NCBI GenBank assembly: GCA_027858295.1
Contig: JAQICZ010000014.1
Location: 1,293 to 65,292 of the forward strand
DNA length: 64,000 bases
Reading direction: 5' to 3'
From: Nanobdellota archaeon
GTDB taxonomy: Archaea; Nanobdellota; Nanobdellia; Pacearchaeales; GW2011-AR1
Shown: piece by piece, positions 15,551 through 25,200 of the stretch
Position numbering within the stretch: the stretch's first letter is position 1
Layout of the letters: each line of letters opens with the position of its first letter
Position numbers and translations under genes: made by a program
Notes under the pieces: generated by a model
Told to the model about the DNA's origin: nothing
Database searches by the model: none
The model's input: only the letters and a program-made list of their open reading frames with translations

Positions 15551-15578
15551 TTTTTAGTATTTAGTTATTAGTTGTTAG
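15551..15578. repeat. Heptamer array (4 units) overlapping the stop codon of the four-helix-bundle gene.
   Basis: tttttag tatttag ttattag ttgttag. Confidence 0.7.
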
Positions 15579-15934
15579 AAACTTCTCTCCAACTTTACAA
15601 CAAATCCTCTAATCATCATACCTAATTCATTAAATTCCCTTTCCAGCATGCAACAAACTTCTTTTGACAAATATCCCAATTTTTCAGCAATAATTACTTG
15701 ACACTCCACTTCCTTCAAACTTCCTGTCGCATTATACAAAAAATTACGGAATTCTTTTCCCGTCCTCTTCCCACTACTCTCTGCAATATTAGATGATATA
15801 CTAACAACTGCCCGCCTCATCTGACTAATCAATCCATAAATCTCCTCCTTAGGAAAACTCTTAGTAATAAAATAAATATCTTCTGCTATACCAACAGATT
15901 TCTTCCAAATATATAATTCCTTAAAATCTTGCAT
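15575..15934 (-). CDS. Four-helix-bundle protein (the so-called 23S rRNA intervening-sequence protein family).
   Basis: FKELYIWKKS, SQMRRAVVSISSNIAES, GKEFRNFLYNATGSLKEVECQ. Confidence 0.85.
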   Translation of the reverse strand: MQDFKELYIWKKSVGIAEDIYFITKSFPKEEIYGLISQMRRAVVSISSNIAESSGKRTGKEFRNFLYNATGSLKEVECQVIIAEKLGYLSKEVCCMLEREFNELGMMIRGFVVKLERSF

Positions 15935-16019
15935 GAAAAAATTCGATTAGAAAACTTAATAACATTAACCGAAAACTCGGGATAAAAATTCAACTTACTT
16001 GCCTTCTGCTCCCGGTCTT

Positions 16020-16054
16020 AACTGATAACCGAAAACTGACAACTCAAAACTAAA
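16020..16054. repeat. Heptamer array (5 units, AACNNNN) upstream of the four-helix-bundle gene.
   Basis: aactgat aaccgaa aactgac aactcaa aactaaa. TAACCGAAAACT is also repeated at 15966 and 16025. Confidence 0.7.
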
Positions 16055-16069
16055 AAAATCAAAGATTTT

Positions 16070-16117
16070 TTACGCCACCGGAGCTACACGCCCACCAAAC
16101 TCAATATTACCTTCACT
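16070..16117 (-). pseudogene. Remnant of the last 15 codons plus stop of a family B gene.
   Basis: It encodes SEGNIEFGGRVAPVA*, against CEGNIEFGGRVAPSN* at the 3' end of 16328..17335. The core ccaccaaactcaat(a/g)ttaccttcac is nearly identical. An upstream module directly precedes it. Confidence 0.7.
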
Positions 16118-16119
16118 AA

Positions 16120-16300
16120 ATAAAATTTCGTCAAAACTTTTCCAAGGGTTTTGACTGCATATAAATTTTCATTTTCCTATACACCAAAGCGAATAGAATT
16201 TTTTCTTTAAAACTTTCCCCCGACGAATTTACATTGAAAACTTTTCCAAGGGTTTTCAATTGCCTGTAAATTTGTCCACAAGGGTTTTAAAGTGTCTCTA
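16120..16300 (-). repeat. Two copies of the recurrent upstream module (A/B/C boxes).
   Basis: aaaacttttccaagggttttgac is at 16133..16155 and gcgaata at about 16189. A second C-box, gaaaacttttccaagggttttcaattgcctgtaaa, lies at about 16237..16270. About 55 nt of it nearly match 6035..6085. Confidence 0.8.
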
Positions 16301-16327
16301 AAAAATGTTTTAATTAAACCTAAAGGT

Positions 16328-17335
16328 TTAATTTGAAGGTGCCACTCGTCCACCAAACTCAATGTTACCTTCACAAGTCCCCGCAAGTCCTTTAGGTACA
16401 TAAATTCTCCAATAAGTTGGTTTAACAGCCTCGTTAAAACCATCATTCTGTCTATAATCTAAATTAAACTCCATAACAGCTGGGTTTAAACTTGAAGTCA
16501 AATTCACATGTGCAGCCTCAAATTCACTTAGACTCAGAATCCCAGGATTAGTATCAGTCAAATTAAACTTTTCATATTCAATGTCAATAAACTTATAAGA
16601 TCCCTTAGAACAATTCATAGCATGACCATCATTAGGACCAGCACCCAAATTTGAATAACCATTCAAAGTCAAGTTTAACTGAGTGTTACCCACATTTGAA
16701 ACATTCACTAATTGCTCATCTGAAACTTCAGTCGAATTAACAATCCCATAATCAATAGAATCTTGTAAACCAATCGCAAGTAATGTGTTTATACTTCCTT
16801 CATCAATTTCCATATTGCTACGAGCCGTAGCATCCTCTATATAAACAGAACAATTCCAATTCCCAGGATTAGCATAATATTGAACCTCGAAAGTACAATT
16901 TGCAATTGCATGCCATTCATCTTCAGACTTACCAAATAAGTCAGTAGTATCATTTTGCTTTATACATGAAGCATTAGTATAATGAGTATTATTGTCATCC
17001 GCACTATCCCAAGTAGCTAAAGAGACATCAAACAAAGTTGCATTAATCAAAACAATATCACTATCATTATTCCAATCCTGAATCAAAGCTTGACATAGAA
17101 CAGTCTTAGTCGCATTCGGAGTCAAAACAACAGGAACTCCATCGTTAACAGAAATATTCAAAATCTCAGGAAAAACAGCCCCCACTTCCAATGAAGTAGA
17201 AACCGTAACATTCTGTGCAGCCCCACTCGAAGCCATTGGAACAATAGCCGCAGCCAAAAGTACAACTAAAGCTATTCCAAAAACAAAATAACTTCCAACA
17301 ATTCGTTTATTTTTTTTATTAACATTTTTTTCCAT
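16328..17335 (-). CDS. Family B secreted protein (paralog of 57248..58438).
   Basis: It has a signal anchor. The shared C-terminus is TYWR(I/V)YVP...G.CEGNI.FG. It starts 1 nt after the stop of the family A gene 17337..18128. Confidence 0.75.
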   Translation of the reverse strand: MEKNVNKKNKRIVGSYFVFGIALVVLLAAAIVPMASSGAAQNVTVSTSLEVGAVFPEILNISVNDGVPVVLTPNATKTVLCQALIQDWNNDSDIVLINATLFDVSLATWDSADDNNTHYTNASCIKQNDTTDLFGKSEDEWHAIANCTFEVQYYANPGNWNCSVYIEDATARSNMEIDEGSINTLLAIGLQDSIDYGIVNSTEVSDEQLVNVSNVGNTQLNLTLNGYSNLGAGPNDGHAMNCSKGSYKFIDIEYEKFNLTDTNPGILSLSEFEAAHVNLTSSLNPAVMEFNLDYRQNDGFNEAVKPTYWRIYVPKGLAGTCEGNIEFGGRVAPSN

Positions 17336-17336
17336 T

Positions 17337-18128
17337 TTAATCTAATTCCACATATAAGTAGTAAGCAGTCGACCCACTAAATCCATTTGCCCCATTTTCA
17401 GGAACAATCATTTGAAAATCATAAGCAGTCCCATCATAACCAGTTGCATCTTCTTCTAACAAACCAGCATAAACCGCATTCCCACCATCCCACAAAGCAA
17501 CTTCCTCAAAAGCAGTAGTAGAAACATCTCCAACATAAGGATTAACAGTATGAGTACATTGATTTGCATTTATCTGTATCCCAGCTGCGAAAAATAAACC
17601 GTGAGTAACATCTGAAAAAGTAGCAGTAATATTGTCGTTAGCACCTGAATGACTCATTGCCGTATTTTCTGTTTCTAAATCGGCAGTTGAAGCACAGGCA
17701 ATTGAACCCCAAGTTGGAGTTGTTAATTTTGTTGTCGCATAAATACGGCCTGTAACAGATGCCAAAGTCCAATCATAAATAGTATTTGCTGAAGAATCAT
17801 CCAAAGTAAAAGAACCAATCACATTTCCGACAAAAGCCTTCCATCTCGGATTCTGCATATTTGCAGTTAAATTGAATGTAGAAATAACTCCCCCAGAAAT
17901 ATTAACTTCAGTTCCCGCTGTAACCGACTTTGTCTCATTAACACCATAAACCAATCCATCAGTACCAGTCGGTGTAACCGCCGTAATAAACATAAGTGAA
18001 GTCACAACCATTAAAGTTGCAACTAATAATAAAATTCCTCTCTTCTCAATCTTGTTTTCTTTATTGTTTTTCATCTCTTCGCTTAGGATTTTATTAAAGC
18101 CTTCCTGTGGCTTTTGGGATTTTTTCAA
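17337..18128 (-). CDS. Family A secreted protein. An alternative start lies at 18074.
   Basis: It is very similar to 5279..6001 along the mature protein and ends in YYLYVELD. Confidence 0.8.
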   Translation of the reverse strand: MKKSQKPQEGFNKILSEEMKNNKENKIEKRGILLLVATLMVVTSLMFITAVTPTGTDGLVYGVNETKSVTAGTEVNISGGVISTFNLTANMQNPRWKAFVGNVIGSFTLDDSSANTIYDWTLASVTGRIYATTKLTTPTWGSIACASTADLETENTAMSHSGANDNITATFSDVTHGLFFAAGIQINANQCTHTVNPYVGDVSTTAFEEVALWDGGNAVYAGLLEEDATGYDGTAYDFQMIVPENGANGFSGSTAYYLYVELD

Positions 18129-18202
18129 GGCCCCACACCTCCAGGTTTACGCCCCACGGCGAAAAAAAGAAAAAAGGTAAAAATAAAAATAAAACTGTAA
18201 CC

Positions 18203-18928
18203 TTATTCTAACTCTACATAAAAGTAGTATTGTCTTGTAGCTGTATCTATGTCATGTCCATCTTCTGGAACTAACATCTGAAAGTCATGATCCTTTTGAT
18301 CAAAACCTATAATACTAGCTTCTTCAATAATTGCTGTCCAAATAACTTCTCCACTTCCACCTTCAAGAATAACTTCTTCATAATCTGCTGCTTCACCTTT
18401 ACCATTGCTGTTAAAGATTCTTGTACTATTACAAGAATTAGCATCAATCTGAATATTATTCACAAAGAACTCACTATGAGTTGTCCAATTAAATGTTTCA
18501 TCCACACCATCAACATCATTACTTACAATGTCATATGACGCTTCTAAAGCCGCATTATCAGTGGCCATATCCCAACACTTAATACCTGTCCAATTGATAG
18601 TATCACCAGTTTCCGAAGCATACACTTCACCTTCTGGGTCAGCCAAACTCCAATTATACATTACGTTATCTGCACCATCTACTAATTGAATAGTACCTGA
18701 AACATTACCGAAGTAACCTTGCCAAGCCTGAGTAGTAGAAAAACCAGTAATTGTTAATTCCGTAACATTCCCTGCAATCGCAGTAGTAGAATCCGCCAAA
18801 TCAATTCCGGCTCTTGTTGAAGAACCTTCAACAATTGTTTCAACACCAAAAGGTTGAACAGAACTAACTGTAGATAAAGCTAACACACAAACTACAAGCA
18901 TTCCTATAAATAACTTATTATATCGCAT
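18203..18928 (-). CDS. Family A secreted protein, divergent paralog.
   Basis: Signal peptide MLVVCVLALSTVSSVQ. It carries AWQGYFGNVSG and HDFQMLVPEDG and ends in YYFYVELE. A GGAGG box lies upstream. Confidence 0.8.
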   Translation of the reverse strand: MRYNKLFIGMLVVCVLALSTVSSVQPFGVETIVEGSSTRAGIDLADSTTAIAGNVTELTITGFSTTQAWQGYFGNVSGTIQLVDGADNVMYNWSLADPEGEVYASETGDTINWTGIKCWDMATDNAALEASYDIVSNDVDGVDETFNWTTHSEFFVNNIQIDANSCNSTRIFNSNGKGEAADYEEVILEGGSGEVIWTAIIEEASIIGFDQKDHDFQMLVPEDGHDIDTATRQYYFYVELE

Positions 18929-19162
18929 CTTTCCTCTTTTTTCATCCTCCTTTCAATACCTTGTATCTTAAGGTTTATTCTCCCCTTGAGAGATATCACA
19001 CTAATCTATACGTACATATCTTTATAAACATTTCCCAGCTTTTGCCCCCCCGAAAAAGTGAAAAAATAGATTTGCCGAAGACAAATTTGTCCCTAAAAAA
19101 GAATTAACAAATATTATACAGCACCATCAACACTATCAGCATACAATATATGGTATGAAACA

Positions 19163-19239
19163 CTAACGGTCAACGGTTTACAGTTTACAGTCTTCAGTAA
19201 TCAGCACTCAAAACTGACAACTGACAACTGACAACTGTA
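19163..19239. repeat. Heptamer array (11 units) between the giant gene's stop and the family A gene.
   Basis: ctaacgg tcaacgg tttacag tttacag tcttcag taatcag cactcaa aactgac aactgac aactgac aactgta. Confidence 0.85.
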
Positions 19240-19259
19240 AAATTGCAAAGCAATTTTAC
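19237..19259 (-). terminator. Perfect 10-bp hairpin overlapping the stop codon of the 4849-aa gene.
   Basis: GTAAAATTGC aaa GCAATTTTAC. The downstream minus strand includes AGTTTTG within the heptamers. Confidence 0.4.
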
Positions 19260-22200
19260 TGCAGCTCAACATAAAACACCGCTTCACTTCCAGCCCCACT
19301 ATATTCTCTTAACTTTGCCGGCACACGAAGTTCATAATCATAAGTACCATAATTACCAACAGCACCTTTGTTAATTTTAGAAACAAAAATCAAATCCTCT
19401 GCCTCTGCTATATCAAATTCACCATTAGTGTCATCAGATGAATCCCACAAAATACCAGTCTTAAAATTATTATTAGACGTAGACTGAGTCACAGGAACCG
19501 CCGGAAGGGTTCTACCAAAAACAGAAAAGCTATCCACCTCATTTGGAACAAAAGCTGTCAAATACAAGGCAGAGATAGAATCAGGAAAATCCACCATAGA
19601 AAGCAAACTATCAACTTCTAAAAAATCATCAACAGAATAAGCACTTACATTATTATAACCAAATGCCAAAACACTATCCCAGGAAACAGAACTATCCTTA
19701 TCACTCATAAACACGCTTGCACTAGCAAACCAATTAATCACAGAATTATTTTCTAAATCAGCCAACTCAAGTTCACTTGCCGACTCAATGTTACCATAAA
19801 AGAACTGCCAGGCCCCCACAGAAACATTCTCATTACCTAAATTATTATTTTCATCTCCCTCGGTAAAAGAATCTGCCCCGTCAACAACAACCCACAGCTC
19901 ATTCAAACCAATCACAGTATCATAACTATAATTAACATACAATACATCCGACACATTCAAATCAATAATCCGCTCCCCAATTTTAAAACCCGTAGCAGGA
20001 TATCCAGAATAGAATTCAACCAAAACCCCACTCGCATCAGCTATCCCAATATTGGAGACAGTCGCGTTAATCAAAATAGATTTTCCTTCCACCGGAGTTG
20101 AATCATTTAATGTAACAGCAGAAACAAAAAAGTCCGGATAACCATAACTAAAATTATAAATTTCACTAGTATTTACATTCCCAGTCAAATCAACACACTC
20201 AACTGACCAATTATGATTTCCTACAGAAATTCCATTTACATTTGATTGCCCAATACTATCATTACCTGCCCAAATATTATTTCTAACTTTTATATCATCA
20301 ACCAAGAGATCACACTGTATTGCAGTTGCCAAATTATCCGTTGGTCTCCACTGAAACTGCAATGGATCAATATTAGCATCTACCTTTGCATCAGCAACAG
20401 GGGCAACTAAACTTGCAAAAGGCGGAGTCACATCACGAGTAAAAATTGAATTTTCTACCCAAGCAACATTCGAATCCACATCTGAACAGGAAATGTTCCA
20501 ATAATGATTCCCCTCACTTATTCCGTTAACCTCGAACATATTTTCAACATTATTTTCAATCACCACATCTGCCCCCAAAGAACTACCGTCAAAAAACATT
20601 TCACACTGAGTTAATCCAGAACCATCTTTCGGGATATATGTGAAATTTACAGATGAATTTGTATCAAATGTATTATTCGTGGGTGAAACTATATCGATCA
20701 CAGGAGGAGCAGTCATTGTAAAACTCTTTTCTAAGGTCTCAAAAGAATTACCAGCCTCATCACCACATCTAATACTCCAACTATAATCTCCATCATGCAC
20801 ATCAACAAAACTCTCTGAAACCGTATTATTACTTGCCAAAACTCCAGATTCATTAAATCCATTAATTAAAATTTCACAATTTCCAACAGAATCTAAATTA
20901 TCAATATAAGTAAAATTAAATTTAAGATTATTCCAATCAAAAGTTTCACCACCAGTTGGATGATGGGTGATAATGTTAGGAACATGAGAATCAATACTCA
21001 GAAAAGAAGTTTCAGAATACCCAACCAAATTTAAATTATTATAACATTCAATACTCCAATTATGATTATTCTCGGTCAAAGTTTCTGTAAAAGAATTAGA
21101 TACCCAATTCTCAATATTTGTATCTACCGAAACAAAAACAGAATCCACATAAAGCGAACAATTAGCAAGACCACTGTTGTCTCCAACAGTGTAAGAAAAT
21201 GTCACATCTGTATCATTCGTCCAAACATTATTTTCAGGAGAATCAATTGCAACTTGAGGCGCTGCAAAATTTTCAAATTCATATTCTAAACTCGAAACAT
21301 AATTTTCTCCCAAGTCAACACAACTAGCACCCCAAGTATGATTATTAGAATTTAATGAATGAACAAAAGAAACGTTAACTCCTTCACTTGCCAAAATACT
21401 TTCATTAACAATTACATCATCAATAGTTAAATTACAATATGCTTCAGATGAATATAAATCATCAAACCAAAAAGTAAAATTAACTTCACCGCTATAAACT
21501 TCACTATTATTTAATGGATATGCTAAAGTTAAATTAGGCGCAGTTAAATCTTTATAAAAAAATCTATCTTCACTAATTGATTCCAATAAATAAACATCTG
21601 TACAATTTACAGCATAATCAAAATATCCTTGTGAAAGTGAAGTAATGTCAAAAATATTTTGTGAATCAGTCACAATTGAACTGATCGTATCAAAAACTAC
21701 GCCTCCAATTATAAGCGAACAAGAGGTAATATTGCTATTATCATTTGGTGTATATTCAAGAGAATTAGTCAAATAAGAATTATTTGCATCATTCAAATTA
21801 ATAGTTGGTGACTCAGCAATAGTGATTACTTGCTGTTCACTAAATTCAACATTATTATCCATATCAATACATGAAACATTCCAATATTTTGGACCATCAC
21901 CTAAAGAATTAACAAGATAATTAATTAATGTATTATTTGGAGCAGTAATTCCAGAATACGAAACATCCCCAACATAAAGAGTACAATCCATAGAATCATC
22001 TGTATTATCTATAACAGTAAAATTAAAATTAACTGAAGAACTAGATGAAGTAAAAGAATCAATTGGTAAATTTAAAGTAATAACGGGACCAACGGTATCC
22101 ATATCACGAATAGTAATACTCCTGTCTCCAGTTGTACCAATTAAATCAGAAGAATCTCTCGCCAAAACAGAATAATCATAATCCCCATAAGTCAAATTAT

Positions 22201-25200
22201 TAAATTCGATATTAAAATAATATTTATCCAAATCTTTTTTATAAAAATTTGTTCTATTCTTAATTATTAATTCAGATGAATTCAAAATCTTATCATAAAT
22301 TTTAACCTCATCTATATAACCATCAAAAAAGTAAGAAGGAGTTATTCCATTATATCCCATTCCTAAATTAAATTTCAAATCACTTGGTAAAGTCACCGTA
22401 GTTGAAAAAGTTCGGACAACCTCACCATCATAGATAATTGATATATTTTTACCTTCATAAAAAGCAAAACCAATTTGATGCCAATCCCCATCAACCAAAA
22501 CTGAATTTGAAATAGTTCTTCCATAAGAATCTGCCACACTCAAAAAATTAGAACCAGCAGCATGACCAATAGATAAAAGGGTATTTCCCGCGGAGTCATC
22601 AATAGACAAAATGCTTTCCTCATTGACAATAGAGCTTGTTTTAACCCAAGAAAGAATTGTTATATTCTTTGAAACAAAATTATAGGGCGCTCCAATTTCT
22701 ATATAATCCGAATCTCCTCTAAAAAATCTATAAGCACCAAGACCATCATGTCCTTCTCCACTAATCCAACTAGCACCGTTATTGTCACCAAGCGCCCCAC
22801 TTACATAATCATAAATATTATTACTATTCTCCGAAAAAGTCGCCAAATTATCAAGACCAATAAGTCCAATCAAAGAACCATCATAAATAAAATTATTAGT
22901 TCCATTAAAATCTAAAACTACTTCTTCTAAATTTGCTTCAGTTAAATCAACATCAATAATTAATCCATCTGGCAAATGATCCGAAGAATCTGCTGGAGTT
23001 AAACTTCCAAAAACAAGAGATGGGTTAATCGTATCAATTGCAAAATTGTAAATTGTCAAATTTTCATTATTAGAAGAATCACGACAAGAAAATGCAATTA
23101 TGTGATTTCCCTCAGAAACAGAATTTAATGTCATATCAAAATGAGTATCATTAACACGATTCATAGAAACAGAAGATGCAGAATCTAAAACATATGAACA
23201 ACTATTTCCATATTCGTCTAAGTAAACATCAATATTAAAATTTCCTGTTGTGTAAGCACCTTCATTTTCAATTCCAGTGATTACTAATTGGGGTGCAACA
23301 ACATCTCCAAATTTAGTAGAAACCGTTCTAGTTATTTGACGAACACCCCCATAATAATTTTCAGCATAAGTAGTGAACATATAATCATCATTAATGAGAG
23401 AAGTTTCATTTACAAAAAAAGTTCTCTGACCAGTATACAATTCTTTAGCTTCCTCATCGCTAATTACTCTATCATAAACTACAAACTTATCAAATGACCC
23501 ATTAAAATATTCAGGTGTTCCACCTGTATCTTCAATACGACCAAAGGAATAAAAATTATTAGTAACGTTTCCAATATAAGAAATAGCTTGTTGATTTAAT
23601 TCCCCATTAATATAAATCTTTGAGGAACCATTATTTGCATAACGACTAATTACAATATGCTTCCAAGTCCCATCATTAATTGGGACTGTTGATTTTACTG
23701 CCGCAGAATTCGCAACAGTATATCCAATATGCCCAGTTGCATCAAGCCAACCAATAAAAATATCATTTCCTCCTCCTGCTTCTTCAATACCAGTCACTCC
23801 AGGAGCCATCCACATAGTGTCATCCCCTACTTGTGTTGTCTTTACCCAAAAAGATAATGAAGAAGTTGAACCCAATACAGGGGTTAAAGAAACGTCAGTT
23901 TGAATGTAGTCATTAACTCCATCAAAACTTAACGCAAGCCCCTCATATCCAGTTGTATAATTAGCACCATAAATTGTTCCATCAATTCCCCCAACAAAAG
24001 AAGAAACATGAGTATCATTCTCTCCCCTAAATTCTTCACGATCTAAATTATATCCAAGCATGATTAATGAATTGAATAAAGTCTGATTTACACCATTAAA
24101 ATCTAAAATAACTGTGTTCAAATCGGTTTCATTAACACTAATATTAATTGGAATAAAATCTTGTGGAACTTCAATGCCATTAACAGGTGTAGGATTAATA
24201 TAAGATGCTCGCGGAACTTTAATGACATCTACCGTAGGCATTAAAAAACCAAAAGCATTTCCATAATCATATCTAGCATAACATCTAAGAATTGCATTTC
24301 CAGGTGAAATAGCCATTACAGGTATATCTTCAGACACAGAACCATAATTAATTGTTCCCAAATCCCGCCACTCATATCCGTCACCAAAAATCAAATGCTC
24401 ATTATTATTATGAACATTGACCCACACAGAATCATTCAAATATTGCAAAGTCAAATCCACATTTACACATTCCCCAATAGAACAATTAACTTGACAAGTA
24501 AAATTATCTTCTTCCGCTTCCGTCATAACTTTGTCATTAACAGGATAAAGAAAATCAGTATATAATTGCCCAATCAATGAAAAATCCGAAAACTCAACGA
24601 AAGAAGCTTTTAATCCATCCCAACGATGAATTAATGTTACATTTCCAACATTATCATTATATCCAGAAATCACAAGTTTTATTTTATCAGAATTTTTTAA
24701 AATGAATTCATTAGGAACAATACAATTTGAAGTCCATACTCCAGAAGTCGCACTAACACGCAATCCTCCAGTATAATCATTTCCAGATTGACAAATTAAA
24801 TTATCACCACTTGAATTTTCAAAATATAATTTCCATGTTAAATAAACTGCATTCACAGTATCAACCTCTGTATATGAACTGAAACTTACAGTAGCTCCAG
24901 TTGGAATTCTCATACCATTATTTCCTAAATATGTTGTCATCGGAATAACAAAATCAGTAACAGAAGAACCAGATAAATTAATGGATAAATAATTTTCAAT
25001 TAAATCTCGCTTATTCTTTAAATTTATTTGGGCAACATTTCCAACAAAATTTGAAGTCGAAGATTCATACAGCCGATTATTCCAATCAATACTATACTCT
25101 CCAGTAACATTAATTTGCCTTGATGAACTAATCACTTCACGATTAGAATAATCAAGACAACTAACAAACCAATCATGAATACCATTAGAAACAAAAGTTT

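Noticed and set aside
16207-16446. 79-aa minus-strand ORF.
   Set aside because: It overlaps the 3' end of the family B gene in another frame and runs into module repeat DNA. The ENPWKSFQ peptide is just the C-box translated.
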